Below, one piece after another: positions 1 through 10,259 of a stretch of 32,000 nt of DNA (position 1 is the first letter of the stretch; each line of letters opens with the position of its first letter). The translations under genes and the position numbers were made by a program. This DNA comes from Chloroflexota bacterium (lineage in GTDB: Bacteria; Chloroflexota; Anaerolineae; UBA4142). The notes beneath the pieces were generated by a model that saw only the letters and a program-made list of their open reading frames with translations, was not told where the DNA came from and did no database searches. The DNA is taken from the NCBI GenBank assembly GCA_016219275.1, contig JACRBM010000076.1, positions 18,255 to 50,254 of the forward strand, in the 5' to 3' direction.

Positions 1-3
1 AGA

Positions 4-38
4 CAGAATCCAGGTTTCTTCGAGAAACCTGGATTCTG
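4..38. repeat. REP-A palindromic element, copy 1
   Basis: Perfect hairpin CAGAATCCAGGTTTCT-tcg-AGAAACCTGGATTCTG. The core CCAGGTTTCT/AGAAACCTGG recurs at 6325, 8506, 21036 and as a variant at 31410, always between genes. Confidence 0.8.
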
Positions 39-63
39 GTAAAGGTACTATTTGGCGCGCCTA

Positions 64-180
64 TCAATTTCCATGCAATCGGTAAATCAATTGGACAGCA
101 TCAATCCGCAGGTGCATCGTCAAACCGATGCAGATCAGCAGGATCACGACGACCAATCCAATCAGCGCCATTCGTTTCAT
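64..180 (-). CDS. Hypothetical small hydrophobic protein (38 aa, MKRMALIGLVVVILLICIGLTMHL...)
   Basis: ATG at 180 preceded by GGGAGGCAACAAAA (good RBS and spacing). It has one predicted TM helix and a TGA stop at 64-66. Too short for the ORF track and no homology can be judged by eye. Confidence 0.35.
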   Translation of the reverse strand: MKRMALIGLVVVILLICIGLTMHLRIDAVQLIYRLHGN

Positions 181-210
181 TTTTGTTGCCTCCCTTCCCA
201 GTTTTTGAAT

Positions 211-254
211 CGGCGTCCGTAGGGGCGTTCAATTGAACGCCCCTACGGACGCCG
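211..254. repeat. 44-bp perfect palindrome (CGGCGTCCGTAGGGGCGTTCAA|TTGAACGCCCCTACGGACGCCG), possible terminator of the permease gene
   Basis: Every base pairs across the centre at 232/233. It lies 22 nt downstream of the permease stop on the minus strand. There is no U-tract, so it is not a canonical intrinsic terminator. Confidence 0.7.
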
Positions 255-275
255 TAAATTGATTTTGGATTTGCG

Positions 276-2684
276 CTAGACGTATGCTAACGTTTCACGA
301 ATCGTCAGACGCGACGCGCTCCACGCGGGCAGCGCGCTCGCCAGAGCCGAACCACCCAGGACGATGCCCAACCAAAGGAACACGGCTAACGGCGACACAA
401 CGAGCGGCAGAGGCGTGCGAAAGGACATCTCGCCAATGACCGTGCCGACGAGCATCGAGAACGGCAGCGACAATCCAACCGCCAAGACCCAGCTCAGCAT
501 CCCAACAAATATCCCTTCGCTCGCGACGATGCGCAACACGGTGTTCGGGCGCGCGCCGATAGTTTGCAACACGCCAAACTCGCGCGTGCGTTCGACGACG
601 TTCGTGCTCATTGTCGCGGTCAGACCCAGCACGCCGACCACCGCCATGACCACCGCCATCACGATCAAGAGAAGAATCAGGATGACGATGTGTTCTCCAA
701 CCGCGGTTCGCAATTCTGTGTCGCTGATGATGAGCGACACGCTCACTCCCCCCTCTGTCAGCGCGCGCTCGACCGCGCGGATGACCTCGCCGCGCGCGGC
801 GGCATCGCGCCCCGCGACGACCACGCGCGCCGAACGCGCCAACCCAGGTTGTCCGACCGCACGCGCGAATGATTCGTCGGGCACATACGCCGCCGCGGGC
901 GAACCAATTTCGCGGACGATGCCGACGACGCGCCAGGTCGTCCGCTTGCTCTCAACTGACACCTCGATTCGGTCGCCGACTGCGACGCGCGGGAAAAACG
1001 GCAATGCCATGTGATTGAGCACGACCGCGTCCGAGTCGCCCGGTTCCAACCACCGCCCCGACAGGACCGGAAATTCGACGAGCTGAGTCTGCGGCGGCGC
1101 GGCGCGCATCACGAAACTACCGTGACCGCCGTCGGGATAGGTGTTCACCACGGCAATCTCGCCGAGCTTGGTAACGCTCGCCGGTGCGTAACCCCACGCT
1201 TCGACCGTTTGGACGCCTGGGACATTGCCAATCCGTTCAACCAGTTTGGATGCTGGCTCTGGACGCCCCAAGCGAATTTCGAGGTCATAATGCCGCGCGC
1301 CCATCCCGTCCGAGAGATTGCGTTCCCACGCGGCGGCGACATTCAGTGCGGTCATGAACATCGCGCCGCCCATCGCGAGCAAACCCAGCATCAACACCAG
1401 ACGCGCGCGTCGTCGAAATGTATTCCGCAGAGCCAGCAACAGCGTGCGATCCAGCCCGCGCAACGCGCCGAGGAAACCATCCATGCCGCGACCGAACGAT
1501 TCCTGCCGCACGCCATAATCGTTGATGGCTTCGTAAACCGTGATGCGACTTCCACGTAAGATCGGTCCCAGCGCGATGAGGAATGGGATGAGCAAGCCGG
1601 CTGCCGCTTGCGTCGCAAAGACCCACCAGGGAATATCCAAACTGCCGAAATTGAAATTCAGCAAGTCGCCGACGACTGTTGCAAACGCGCGTCCCACGAC
1701 GATGCTCGGCACAAATGCCACCGCGTATGCGACAACACTAATCGCGAGAATGAGCGCGATGTACAACATAGACACTTGATTGGTGCGCGCGCCGATTGTC
1801 TTCATCACGCCAATCTGGCGAATCTGTTGCGCCAGCAAACCGCCGATCATCGTCGCGACGAGAATCGCACTCAGTCCGAGCGACATCAAACTAAAAATCA
1901 ACAGCAAGGTCACAATCGCCATCGTCATGTTTTGATGGGGATGTCTACCCGGCGGCGGGATTTGGATTTCCTTCACGGTGTAACCCTGGGTCTGTAGCCA
2001 GGTCGCTAGCTCGCGCGCGGTTCGTTCAATCGCCATCGCGTTCAAGGGCTGTTCGCTCACGACGATTTTCAGTTCGTCGAGTTGCCCGCTCTCGCCCAAC
2101 CAGGCGAGCGTTTCCGGCGTGATATAGCCATAGCCCGAACGCTCCTGCCACGCGGGCGCGAGACCTGGGTCGTGCGTCAGCCCGACGACCGGCACTGCGC
2201 GGCGTTCGCCATTCGGCGTCTTGACGACCACCTCACCGCCGAGACGCGTATTGAGCATCGTCAAGGCGGACCGCTCGATCAGCATCGCGCCGGTCGGCGG
2301 CGGGAATGCGCCGGCTTCGGAGCGAAAGGTGCTGATCCGCATCGCGTTAAAATCGGGAACGACAAACAGCAACAAAGGTCGCCACTCGTCGGGTCCGACC
2401 TGGGCGCGCGCGAGAAGTGTGACCCGCGCCTCGGCGTCCGCGATCCCAGGACGTTGTCGCACCGCTCGTACCAAATCCGCATCCACGCGGTCGAGTTCCA
2501 AGGTCGCGGAAGCCGGATTGGTGCCCATGTAATTGCGCGTGGTTTCGCGATCCAGAATCGCGTATGCGCTCAACACCATGCCGACGCCAAAGAGACTGAC
2601 CGCGATAGCAAGCGCCATCATCGTGGTGCGCCCGCGTGCGAGCCAAAGATCGCGCAACAATTTCGTCCAACGCGGGTTAGCCAT
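276..2684 (-). CDS. ABC transporter permease, MacB/FtsX family (two FtsX 4-TM modules with large extracytoplasmic domains)
   Basis: The ORF runs 276..2708. The likely start is [14 protein letters not shown] at 2684, which overlaps the ATPase stop by 8 nt. The N-terminus is typical of FtsX-type permeases, the TM blocks are duplicated, and the gene is operonic with a MacB-type ATPase. Confidence 0.9.
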   Translation of the reverse strand: MANPRWTKLLRDLWLARGRTTMMALAIAVSLFGVGMVLSAYAILDRETTRNYMGTNPASATLELDRVDADLVRAVRQRPGIADAEARVTLLARAQVGPDEWRPLLLFVVPDFNAMRISTFRSEAGAFPPPTGAMLIERSALTMLNTRLGGEVVVKTPNGERRAVPVVGLTHDPGLAPAWQERSGYGYITPETLAWLGESGQLDELKIVVSEQPLNAMAIERTARELATWLQTQGYTVKEIQIPPPGRHPHQNMTMAIVTLLLIFSLMSLGLSAILVATMIGGLLAQQIRQIGVMKTIGARTNQVSMLYIALILAISVVAYAVAFVPSIVVGRAFATVVGDLLNFNFGSLDIPWWVFATQAAAGLLIPFLIALGPILRGSRITVYEAINDYGVRQESFGRGMDGFLGALRGLDRTLLLALRNTFRRRARLVLMLGLLAMGGAMFMTALNVAAAWERNLSDGMGARHYDLEIRLGRPEPASKLVERIGNVPGVQTVEAWGYAPASVTKLGEIAVVNTYPDGGHGSFVMRAAPPQTQLVEFPVLSGRWLEPGDSDAVVLNHMALPFFPRVAVGDRIEVSVESKRTTWRVVGIVREIGSPAAAYVPDESFARAVGQPGLARSARVVVAGRDAAARGEVIRAVERALTEGGVSVSLIISDTELRTAVGEHIVILILLLIVMAVVMAVVGVLGLTATMSTNVVERTREFGVLQTIGARPNTVLRIVASEGIFVGMLSWVLAVGLSLPFSMLVGTVIGEMSFRTPLPLVVSPLAVFLWLGIVLGGSALASALPAWSASRLTIRETLAYV

Positions 2685-3414
2685 GAGACACCTCCGGCGA
2701 TTTCGCAAGCGCGCCGTTGACGATTGCGCCGTCGGCGAGCGCGACAGTACGCGTGACCCAGCGCGCGATATCGCGTTCGTGTGTCACCATCACCACCGTT
2801 TTGCCCGCCGCGACGAAATCTTTGAATAGTTGAAACACCGCGTCCGCGGTGCGTGAATCGAGATTGCCGGTCGGTTCATCGGCGAGGATGATCGCCGGGT
2901 CGTTTGCCAACGCGCGCGCAATCGCGGCGCGTTGTTGCTCGCCGCCCGAAAGCGTCGCCGGCAATTTGTTCGCCTGCTCCGCGACGCCGACCTGTTCGAG
3001 CAGTTGCCGCGCGCGCGCGTAGCGTTCGCGCGCCGGAAACGTGTTGCAGAAATCCATCGGCAGTATGACGTTTTCGATCACCGTCAGCGTGGGCAAGAGT
3101 TGAAAGAACTGAAAGACGACACCGACGTTGCGCCCACGCCACAGCGCGATTTGATCCTGGTTCAACGCGTGCACCGCGGTGCTGCCAACCATGATCTCAC
3201 CCGCCGTCGGGCGATCAATCCCCGCGAGCAGATTGAGCAACGTGGACTTGCCGCTGCCGGATTTGCCGACAACGGCGACGAATTCGCCCTGGTTCACCCG
3301 CAGGTCAATTTGCTTGAGCGCGGTGAACGCGTTCGCCGCGCCCTGGAATGTTTTGGTCACGCCGCGCAACTCAACGAGCGTACCGTTGCGCGTGTCCGAC
3401 CCTCGGCTAGACAT
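2677..3414 (-). CDS. ABC transporter ATP-binding protein (MacB/LolD-type)
   Basis: Walker [10 protein letters not shown], signature LSGGEQQR, Walker [12 protein letters not shown] and H-loop VTHE are present. The start was trimmed to the ATG at 3414, which is preceded by GGAGGAcga. Confidence 0.95.
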   Translation of the reverse strand: MSSRGSDTRNGTLVELRGVTKTFQGAANAFTALKQIDLRVNQGEFVAVVGKSGSGKSTLLNLLAGIDRPTAGEIMVGSTAVHALNQDQIALWRGRNVGVVFQFFQLLPTLTVIENVILPMDFCNTFPARERYARARQLLEQVGVAEQANKLPATLSGGEQQRAAIARALANDPAIILADEPTGNLDSRTADAVFQLFKDFVAAGKTVVMVTHERDIARWVTRTVALADGAIVNGALAKSPEVSHG

Positions 3415-3451
3415 TTCGTCCTCCCCTTGACTTTTCTTTTTTCTGTCGTAT

Positions 3452-3475
3452 AATGTGTTCGATAATGAACACATT
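3452..3475. promoter_or_regulatory. Candidate TetR operator (AATGTGTTC-gataat-GAACACATT) in the divergent promoter region
   Basis: Perfect 9-bp inverted repeat between the ABC operon start (3414) and the tetR start (3586). It overlaps TATAAT (3449-3454) and GATAAT hexamers. Confidence 0.6.
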
Positions 3476-3585
3476 GTTCGATTTCAGTATACGGACTAGG
3501 TGCGGCTTGTCAACAACCAATTTGTCGAAAATGTCCGGTACAGAACAACGCGCGGCAAATTGTTCGAAAACGGGAGGCGAGGCAA

Positions 3586-4197
3586 ATGAAAAAGGCAAAA
3601 GTGGATCGGCGGGTTCAGCGGACGCGCCATCTATTGGACGACGCGCTGATGGAATTGATTTTGGAAAAGGGGTACGAAGCGGTCACGGTGCAGGATATTC
3701 TCGACCGCGCGAACCTGGGACGCTCGACGTTTTACGCGCACTATCGCGACAAGGATGAGTTGTTGTTCAGTGGATTCGAGCGATTGCGCGAATCCTTGGA
3801 AGCGCGCCGAACACTGACCGCGCCGAAAAAGGGCGTCGCGTCCGCCGAGGTGTTCGATCCGAGTCTGGCATTTTTCCGGCACGCGGGCGAACAGCATCGT
3901 CTTTACAAAGCGATGGTGGGGAAGAAGAGTGGGGAGATGGTTCTCCAGCATCTGCACAAGTATCTGCGCGGCGTGATTCGCGAGCATTTGTTGGCAAACG
4001 TGGTGGACGAAAAACGCCTCGCCGTGCCGCTGGACATCCTGGTCGAGTTTGGCGTCAGTTCGTTCCTCGCGCTGTTGGTGTGGTGGTTGGAACACAAGAT
4101 GCCGTATTCGCCAGATGAAATGGATGCGATGTTCAAACGCTTGACGATGCCTGGCTTTGAAGCCGCGATGAGCGAGGCAACCTCGGCACGCCGTTGA
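3586..4197 (+). CDS. TetR/AcrR family transcriptional regulator
   Basis: N-terminal HTH RRVQRTRHLLDDALMELILEKGYEAVTVQDILDRANLGRSTFYAHYRDKDELL. The gene is divergent from the ABC exporter. Confidence 0.9.
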   Translation: MKKAKVDRRVQRTRHLLDDALMELILEKGYEAVTVQDILDRANLGRSTFYAHYRDKDELLFSGFERLRESLEARRTLTAPKKGVASAEVFDPSLAFFRHAGEQHRLYKAMVGKKSGEMVLQHLHKYLRGVIREHLLANVVDEKRLAVPLDILVEFGVSSFLALLVWWLEHKMPYSPDEMDAMFKRLTMPGFEAAMSEATSARR

Positions 4198-4225
4198 GTA
4201 TTGTGTTCAGCCGCAAATAAAACTA

Positions 4226-4260
4226 CAAAGGCAATTCTCGATTGTCGAGAATCGCCTTTG
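4226..4260. terminator. Bidirectional hairpin between convergent tetR and lacI-family genes
   Basis: CAAAGGCAATTCTCGA-ttg-TCGAGAATCGCCTTTG, with 16-bp arms and one A/C mismatch. It sits between the stops at 4197 and 4292. Confidence 0.55.
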
Positions 4261-4291
4261 CAGTTGAGCGCGTCAAGAATTGCAATGGTCG

Positions 4292-5311
4292 TCAGATTGA
4301 ATTCTGTTCCAACGCAAGCCGCGCGGATTGTCGCCGGATCAGTGTCCCAGGTATCAGGTGTTGCGCCGGCGCGATGTCTGCGCCGCCAATGCGCGCGTCG
4401 AGCAATTCAAGCGTGCGGTCAACCATTTGATCAATCGGTTGTTGGATCGTCGTAAGCGAGTAGGGTTGCCAGCTTGCCGCCGGGATATTATCGAAACCGA
4501 TGATCGAAAGTTGTTCGGGGACCCTTATCCTCAGTTCACGCGCGGCATCGAGCGCACCCATCGCCATGCTATCGTTCGCGCAAAAGATCGCGTCAGGAGG
4601 ATCATCGCGTTGCAACAATCGCCGCGCGGCGGCATAGCCCGAATCGTACGTGTACTCGCCCAGCTCGCGCAACCATGCGATTTGATTGCGCTCGCGCAGT
4701 CGGTCGCCAAAACCTTTTTCGCGATCCAGGTTGGTCGAAGTGTTTTGCCAGCCGGCGACGTAGGCAAGCCGCGTATGCCGGGCATCCAAGAAAAGATCGG
4801 CGACCAGGCGTCCGCCCGCGACATTATCACAACTCACTGCGCTCGCGTTCGCTCCTGGCACGTACCGATTGACCAAGATCACCGGCGTGCCGCGTCGCGC
4901 GCACTCGTTTGCCATTTCCGACGAGATCGTCGCCGACGTGATGATGATCGCGTCCACCTGATACTGGAGTAGAAACGGCAGCGCATCGTCCACCTCGCGA
5001 TCCGCCGTCACGTTGAACAAGAGCACGTGTCTGCCGGTGGACTGCAAGCGTTGCGTCAGTTGCTCCAACAGGATGGGTATGAATGGATTGGTCATATCCG
5101 CCATCACAATCCCCACGATGTCGGTGCGTTGCCGACTCAAACTGCGCGCGATGGCGTTCGGTTTGTAGCCCAACTTGCGCGCGACCTGCAAAACCTTGTC
5201 TCTGGTTTTCAGAGTGACGGCATTGCTATCGCTGAACACGCGCGAGACCGTAGATTGAGAAACCCCCGCCACGCGTGCGACATCAATGGACGAGACTTGC
5301 CGGAGAGACAT
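4292..5311 (-). CDS. LacI family transcriptional regulator
   Basis: N-terminal HTH SSIDVARVAGVSQSTVSRVFS followed by a periplasmic-binding-like sugar-sensor body. RBS GGAGG lies 5 nt upstream of the ATG at 5311. Confidence 0.9.
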   Translation of the reverse strand: MSLRQVSSIDVARVAGVSQSTVSRVFSDSNAVTLKTRDKVLQVARKLGYKPNAIARSLSRQRTDIVGIVMADMTNPFIPILLEQLTQRLQSTGRHVLLFNVTADREVDDALPFLLQYQVDAIIITSATISSEMANECARRGTPVILVNRYVPGANASAVSCDNVAGGRLVADLFLDARHTRLAYVAGWQNTSTNLDREKGFGDRLRERNQIAWLRELGEYTYDSGYAAARRLLQRDDPPDAIFCANDSMAMGALDAARELRIRVPEQLSIIGFDNIPAASWQPYSLTTIQQPIDQMVDRTLELLDARIGGADIAPAQHLIPGTLIRRQSARLALEQNSI

Positions 5312-5323
5312 GCCGACCTCCGC

Positions 5324-6301
5324 TCAATGATCGAACCGAATCTCTAGCCGGTCCGTCGCGGGCGGCGGCTCAATGGACAACGCCGAAATTTCGGCGCGCC
5401 ATTCGGGCGTCATCTTGACCTCGCGCGCGGCAAGCGAAGCTTCTAATTGCGCCACGTTTCGCGCGCCGATGATCGGCGCAGTGACAGCAGGATGCGCCAT
5501 GACCCAGGCGACCGCGAGCGTCGCCGGCGCGATACCGTGTTCTTGCGCGTGAGCAGTCACGCGCTCGGCAATCGCATAGTACTCCGGCGGACTGTAGCGT
5601 TGGGCATATTTACGATTGTTGACCACGCGCCCCTGTTCCGGTTTGTGCATTGTGTCGTATTTCCCAGTGAGCAAGCCAGCCCCGAGTGGGCTGTACGCGA
5701 TGACGCCCATTTGCTCCGACTCGGCGAGCGGCAGGATCTCGACTTCGGCTTGGCGCTTGACCAGGTTGTACATGGGCTGGATGCATTCAAAGCGCGCGAG
5801 CATTTCTTTCGCGGAGATGCCCAGCGCCTTGGCGATCTGCCATGCCGACCAGTTGCTCACTGCGGGATAGAGAATTTTTCCTTGATGCACCAGGTCGTCC
5901 ATCGCGCGCAAGGATTCTTCGATGGGTGTTAGTGAATCAAAGCTATGGGCAAAGTACAAATCCAAGCGATCCGTCTTGAGACGACGCAGACTCGCTTCGA
6001 CCGCTTGCGTGATGTGGCGACGCGACAAGCCCTGCGCGTTCACATCGTCGCCGACCGCACTGCGAACTTTGGACGAGAGCACGATTTCATCGCGACAACC
6101 GGCGAGCAACCTGCCGAGAATGTCTTCCGAGCGTCCTTGGTTGTAGACATTCGCCGTGTCGAAAAAGTTGATACCCGCCTCGCGGCAACGTTTGAACATC
6201 GCCGCCGAGGTTTGCTCGTCCGCGTCGCCGCCAAACGACATCGTGCCCATGCACAAGCAAGACACGCGTACGCCGGTTTGTCCTAGTATGCGATACTCCA
6301 T
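5324..6301 (-). CDS. Aldo/keto reductase
   Basis: MEYRILGQTGVRVSCLCMGTMSFGG... is a typical AKR N-terminus. The start was trimmed from 6424 to 6301 (RBS GAGGAAAGG). The ORF-track extension reads through REP-A copy 2. Confidence 0.9.
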   Translation of the reverse strand: MEYRILGQTGVRVSCLCMGTMSFGGDADEQTSAAMFKRCREAGINFFDTANVYNQGRSEDILGRLLAGCRDEIVLSSKVRSAVGDDVNAQGLSRRHITQAVEASLRRLKTDRLDLYFAHSFDSLTPIEESLRAMDDLVHQGKILYPAVSNWSAWQIAKALGISAKEMLARFECIQPMYNLVKRQAEVEILPLAESEQMGVIAYSPLGAGLLTGKYDTMHKPEQGRVVNNRKYAQRYSPPEYYAIAERVTAHAQEHGIAPATLAVAWVMAHPAVTAPIIGARNVAQLEASLAAREVKMTPEWRAEISALSIEPPPATDRLEIRFDH

Positions 6302-6324
6302 TTTTCCTTTCCTCATTGGATAGA

Positions 6325-6351
6325 GTCCAGGTTTCTCAAAGAAACCTGGAC
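6325..6351. repeat. REP-A palindromic element, copy 2
   Basis: GTCCAGGTTTCT-caa-AGAAACCTGGAC, located between the MBL-fold gene stop (6358) and the AKR start (6301). Confidence 0.8.
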
Positions 6352-6357
6352 GCTTAC

Positions 6358-7083
6358 TCAAAATTGAAAACGAATGCCGGCTTTCACGATAATGACGCGC
6401 GTCGCCAACCGTAACTCGCGACACGCATCTACAAAATCCTGGGGATGGGCATTGTTGTTGCGAAACATGCCATAGTGCATTGGGATCACGGCGCGGGGTT
6501 GCACTGCCTGGGTGAACAACGCTGCCTCGCGCGCATTCATGTTACCGAAACGACCATTGAACGGAACCACCAACAGATCGGGACGCAAATCGCGCGCGGC
6601 TTGCAGCAACGGCTCGGCGTACTCCGAGTCGCCGACCTGGTAGATTCTCAAGCCATCGGCTTCCAATAGAACGCCAATCGCATCGCGTTTGTCGCGCGAA
6701 TCATGCTCCGCGTACAACGCGGTCAGCTTGATACCGGCAATGTCCAACGACTCGCCGCGATCCAAACGCACAAAGCGCCACGCCGGCATTTCCATCGCGC
6801 GCCAATGCTCGCGGCACGACGACGGTCCGACGAATATCGTTTCGGATTGCTCTGCCATTGGACGCAACGTGTGTTCGTCAAAGTGATCGGTGTGATCGTG
6901 CGTGGTGACGACGATGTCGGCGCACACCTGGGACGGCGGTACGACGACAGGCATCAATCGTTCCCGCGTCTTGCCGCTCGACGTGGCATACGAAAGATAG
7001 GGATCAATGCAAACGACGATACCTTGGGGAAAGCGATAGATAAAGCCGGCTTGACCCAGCCATTGGATTTCGAGATTTGACAT
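6358..7083 (-). CDS. MBL-fold metallo-hydrolase
   Basis: HxHxDH motif (VTTHDHTDHFD) and a beta-lactamase-fold N-terminus WLGQAGF. Its start overlaps the upstream gene's stop by 1 nt (TAATG). Confidence 0.85.
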   Translation of the reverse strand: MSNLEIQWLGQAGFIYRFPQGIVVCIDPYLSYATSSGKTRERLMPVVVPPSQVCADIVVTTHDHTDHFDEHTLRPMAEQSETIFVGPSSCREHWRAMEMPAWRFVRLDRGESLDIAGIKLTALYAEHDSRDKRDAIGVLLEADGLRIYQVGDSEYAEPLLQAARDLRPDLLVVPFNGRFGNMNAREAALFTQAVQPRAVIPMHYGMFRNNNAHPQDFVDACRELRLATRVIIVKAGIRFQF

Positions 7084-8462
7084 TATGACTTGACTCGCGA
7101 TGCGGTCGAACGTTTGAGTAGCAGAGAATCAATCGGCTCGCATGGATCCGGCATCGGCGTATAGTCCGGCTCGTCCAGACTCCGCACGAGATCATCAACC
7201 TGGATACGCGCGCCGCGCGCAATCGAATGGTTGGCGGCGATGCCGGTCAGGATTGACCACGCGCCGGCGCGTTGATCCGCCGCGCGCTTGAACGCGTCCT
7301 GGGATGAATCCGGATCGAAGAGGTCTTTCAAGAGGAGCGGATCGGCTCCGCCATGCCCGCCACTAGTCTGGCGAATTTCGACTTCGTAGCCGGATTGAAA
7401 ATGCGGGAACACCTTGATCTTGGTTCCTTCAGAAATCAATTCGCCGGGCATCGAGCCGTCGCCGCTGATGTAGACACTTTCTTGGCAGGAATGTTCGAGG
7501 CGTCCCTGGGTGCCGTTGAACGCGACGACGTATCCTTCCCAGGGCATAAACGAGTGGAGCGAATAACTCATCAGCGCGCCATTGCGATAGCCCACGTTGA
7601 CGTGGATCGTATCTTCGATGTCAATCTGGTCGCTGAACACACAGCGGTCGCGATAGTACTCATCGAACTTTTCATTATCGAGGTATATGCTCTTGAGATC
7701 AGGATACTCTTCCAAATCTAAATAGAACGGACACCTGGATGCTTCAAGACAGCCGTGACAACGTTCGCCGCGGTAGGTCAAACCATATCGCTCGGCGGTT
7801 GCGGGGCGATAGAAATTGCGCGCGCCGGTCGCATAGACCGTCTGCGGCACCGTAGATAACCACCAGTTCACCAGGTCGAAATGATGCGTCGCCTTGTGCA
7901 CGAGCAAGCCGCCCGAGTTGCGCTTGTTGCGATGCCAGCGCCGGAAATAGTCTGCGCCGTGACGCGTGTCAAGCAACCAATGAAAATCAACCGCGACCAC
8001 GTTGCCGATCACTCCCGACATCAACAGTTCCTTGACCTGGGTGCGCGGCATGGCATAGCGATAGTTGAAAGCGACCGTGCACTTGCGCCCGGTCTTTTTC
8101 TGCGTATCCAGGATGCGTTGGCATTTCACTTCGTCCGTCGTCATCGGCTTTTCGGTGATGACATCGCAACCCAGTTCCATCGCGCGGCAAATGTACGCGT
8201 CGTGCGTCGAGTCCATCGTCGTCACGATCACCACGTCCGGCTTGGTCTCTGCAATCATCCGCTCGAACTGGTCCGCCGGATAGGTCTTGACCGCAACGCC
8301 GCGCTCGCGCACCCAATCAGCGCGCAAGCGCAAACGTCCCTCGTTCGTATCGCCCAGTGCAACCAAATCGCTGGTATCGCGAAAGCGTTCGACGGCGGCT
8401 TCGGAGTACATCAATGAACGATGTCCGACACCTACCTGCGCGTACCGTTTCTTTGTTGTCAT
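7083..8462 (-). CDS. Gfo/Idh/MocA family oxidoreductase (long, 459 aa)
   Basis: N-terminal Rossmann segment YAQVGVGHRS...VALGDTN and an EKP motif (VITEKPM). The C-terminal part carries CHGCLEASRC. Confidence 0.85.
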   Translation of the reverse strand: MTTKKRYAQVGVGHRSLMYSEAAVERFRDTSDLVALGDTNEGRLRLRADWVRERGVAVKTYPADQFERMIAETKPDVVIVTTMDSTHDAYICRAMELGCDVITEKPMTTDEVKCQRILDTQKKTGRKCTVAFNYRYAMPRTQVKELLMSGVIGNVVAVDFHWLLDTRHGADYFRRWHRNKRNSGGLLVHKATHHFDLVNWWLSTVPQTVYATGARNFYRPATAERYGLTYRGERCHGCLEASRCPFYLDLEEYPDLKSIYLDNEKFDEYYRDRCVFSDQIDIEDTIHVNVGYRNGALMSYSLHSFMPWEGYVVAFNGTQGRLEHSCQESVYISGDGSMPGELISEGTKIKVFPHFQSGYEVEIRQTSGGHGGADPLLLKDLFDPDSSQDAFKRAADQRAGAWSILTGIAANHSIARGARIQVDDLVRSLDEPDYTPMPDPCEPIDSLLLKRSTASRVKS

Positions 8463-8505
8463 ATTTTCCTCGCAATGTTTGATTTCACGTGAAAGGTTGC
8501 GTGTA

Positions 8506-8542
8506 CCAGAATCCAGGTTTCTTCAAGAAACCTGGATTCTGG
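8506..8542. repeat. REP-A palindromic element, copy 3
   Basis: CCAGAATCCAGGTTTCT-tca-AGAAACCTGGATTCTGG. It is nearly identical to copy 1, differing at one loop base, and ends 1 nt before the AKR stop at 8544. Confidence 0.85.
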
Positions 8543-8543
8543 C

Positions 8544-9455
8544 TTACTTGCCCGGCGTGACGCCGATTGCATCAAGCCGTCGCTTCGCTTCCGTGTAGGT
8601 CGCGTCGGGTAGTTTGCCTTTAGAAGCGGCAGCAATGTTTGCGTTCAGATGATCCGGATTTTTGGTTCCAATAATCATCGTGCTCATGCCGGGATGATTC
8701 AACGCAAACTGAATGAGAAAACCGTCCATGCTTTCATTGTCCGTGCACAATTCGTTCAGTTTCGCCTGAGCGAACAACGCGGCATAATTATCGTGGTACT
8801 TTTTCACGACGCCGCGCACAACCATACCGATGCCTTGTTCGGCGGCTTGCGCGATGAGCGTTTCGCTTTTCCGCGCAAGCCCGCCATAGACGATCTGCAT
8901 GATGTCGAAAACGCCCCACGCTGCGAATTCACGCAGGTACTTGAAGCCATAGCCGTCTGGGTACAACTCGTCGCCCTGCCGGCCGTTCATAAAACTGATG
9001 CCGACGGCGCGAACCTTGCCTTGCTGTTTCAACTCGATCATCGTCTCGATGATCTCGCCGCCCTTGCCGCCGATCAACTCTTCGGGTTTGGGTCCGTGAA
9101 GTTGCCACACATCCAAGTGATCGGTCTTGAGTCGTCTCAAACTGTTTTCGATATTCTTTAGTATTTGTGGACGATTCCAGATATGCCGTGGCTCTTGCGT
9201 CTGTCCCGCCGAATCAATATTACAGCCGCACTTGCTCGCCAGATAGAACTCATGACGGCGATGCGCGATGACGTTGCCGATGTAATCTTCGCTGACGCCA
9301 TAATCCGGCGACGTGTCAATGTAATTGACTCCGCCGTCAAGCAACGCATTGAGCACACGCGCCGCGTCTGGTTCATTCAAGTGTCGCAATTCCATCGCGC
9401 CGTACCCCAGCGTCGTCACTGCGAAACCGGTCCGACCCAGGTTCCTTTTCTCCAT
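8544..9455 (-). CDS. Aldo/keto reductase
   Basis: MEKRNLGRTGFAVTTLGYGAMEL... AKR N-terminus. The start was trimmed to 9455, which is preceded by GGAGGcagcagc. Confidence 0.9.
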   Translation of the reverse strand: MEKRNLGRTGFAVTTLGYGAMELRHLNEPDAARVLNALLDGGVNYIDTSPDYGVSEDYIGNVIAHRRHEFYLASKCGCNIDSAGQTQEPRHIWNRPQILKNIENSLRRLKTDHLDVWQLHGPKPEELIGGKGGEIIETMIELKQQGKVRAVGISFMNGRQGDELYPDGYGFKYLREFAAWGVFDIMQIVYGGLARKSETLIAQAAEQGIGMVVRGVVKKYHDNYAALFAQAKLNELCTDNESMDGFLIQFALNHPGMSTMIIGTKNPDHLNANIAAASKGKLPDATYTEAKRRLDAIGVTPGK

Positions 9456-9504
9456 GCTGCTGCCTCCGCGTACAAAGTTGAGATTAGTCACCACAGTATT
9501 ATTT

Positions 9505-9563
9505 GGACGCGGATGAACGCGGATCGTTTTTATATCCGCGCAAATCCGCGTTCATCCGCGTCC
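9505..9563. repeat. 20-bp perfect inverted repeat (GGACGCGGATGAACGCGGAT ... ATCCGCGTTCATCCGCGTCC)
   Basis: The arms at 9505-9524 and 9544-9563 are perfectly complementary, and the 19-nt spacer contains further ATCCGCG units. It lies between the stop at 9609 and the AKR start at 9455. Confidence 0.8.
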
Positions 9564-9608
9564 AGAAATCTTTGCGCCTATCCTGGTTCTACTGTAGGAA
9601 TACTCCAA

Positions 9609-10001
9609 TCACGTGATGCTCAACGCGTCGGCAATGATGTGGCTGATGGTATGTTCTCTTTCTGCCAGATTCGCGAGGTCGTCCATCGTTTTTGCCGCGT
9701 CCACCGCGCGCGCCAGTTCTGCTAGTTCGGCAAAGCCGGGGAGTGTGTTGAAATTATTATTCTCCATCGCGACCAAGACGCGCTTGATGCGCTTCGCCAA
9801 TCGTTCGCGGAAAAAAGGGAGATGCCGCGCGTCCAACGCGCTCGCGCGCCACGCAGGTTCGAACTCGTGAAACGCCGTGCACATCTTTTGTTCGAGCACG
9901 ATGATCATGCCCTTGGCTGAATCGCCGGTGGCGAGTATCTGCGCCCACTGCAATTCTTCCGCGCGTCCGTGCGGACTCGTTTCAGTCGTTTGGTATTCCA
10001 T
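9609..10001 (-). CDS. Hypothetical protein (about 130 aa, helical, no recognisable motif)
   Basis: The ORF runs 9609..10151. The start was chosen at MEYQTTE (10001) because GGAGGAacag precedes it. The longer form lacks an RBS. Confidence 0.45.
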   Translation of the reverse strand: MEYQTTETSPHGRAEELQWAQILATGDSAKGMIIVLEQKMCTAFHEFEPAWRASALDARHLPFFRERLAKRIKRVLVAMENNNFNTLPGFAELAELARAVDAAKTMDDLANLAEREHTISHIIADALSIT

Positions 10002-10221
10002 CTGTTCCTCCATGCCAGCCGGTCTGGGAACCAGTCCCGTTTTGACACAACATCGAGTTTCATTATAATCGAAATGAATACGTATGCAAATCTTTGCGCT
10101 AAAATTCGTTTCTGTTTTGCTTGGGGCGCATTCGCGGCGTAGATCGGGCAAATCCGGTGTGGTTCATTCCCAAAGTAGCATATCAACCAGCGAACAATAA
10201 GGCGCGCGGCGAACCGAGAAG

Positions 10222-10236
10222 CAAGTTTTCAACTTG
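10222..10236. repeat. REP-B palindrome (CAAGTT-ttc-AACTTG)
   Basis: The same CAAGTT/AACTTG hairpin core is seen at 19110-19126 and 19155-19173. This copy is 24 nt upstream of the Ldh_2 gene start. Confidence 0.6.
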
Positions 10237-10259
10237 TCCAACAGTTTCAGGAGAATGTA

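Noticed and set aside
364-2720. Several plus-strand ORFs (364..1014, 1011..1559, 2082..2720 and others)
   Set aside because: All are antisense shadows inside the 810-aa FtsX/MacB permease gene. They have low-complexity Arg/Thr/Pro-rich translations.
6302-6424. N-terminal extension of the AKR ORF. Similar extensions occur at 9456..9494, 20504..20599, 21485..21562, 17446..17514 and 19086..19121.
   Set aside because: The extensions read through REP hairpins or lack an RBS. Internal ATG codons with strong GGAGG-type sites give N-termini typical of each family.
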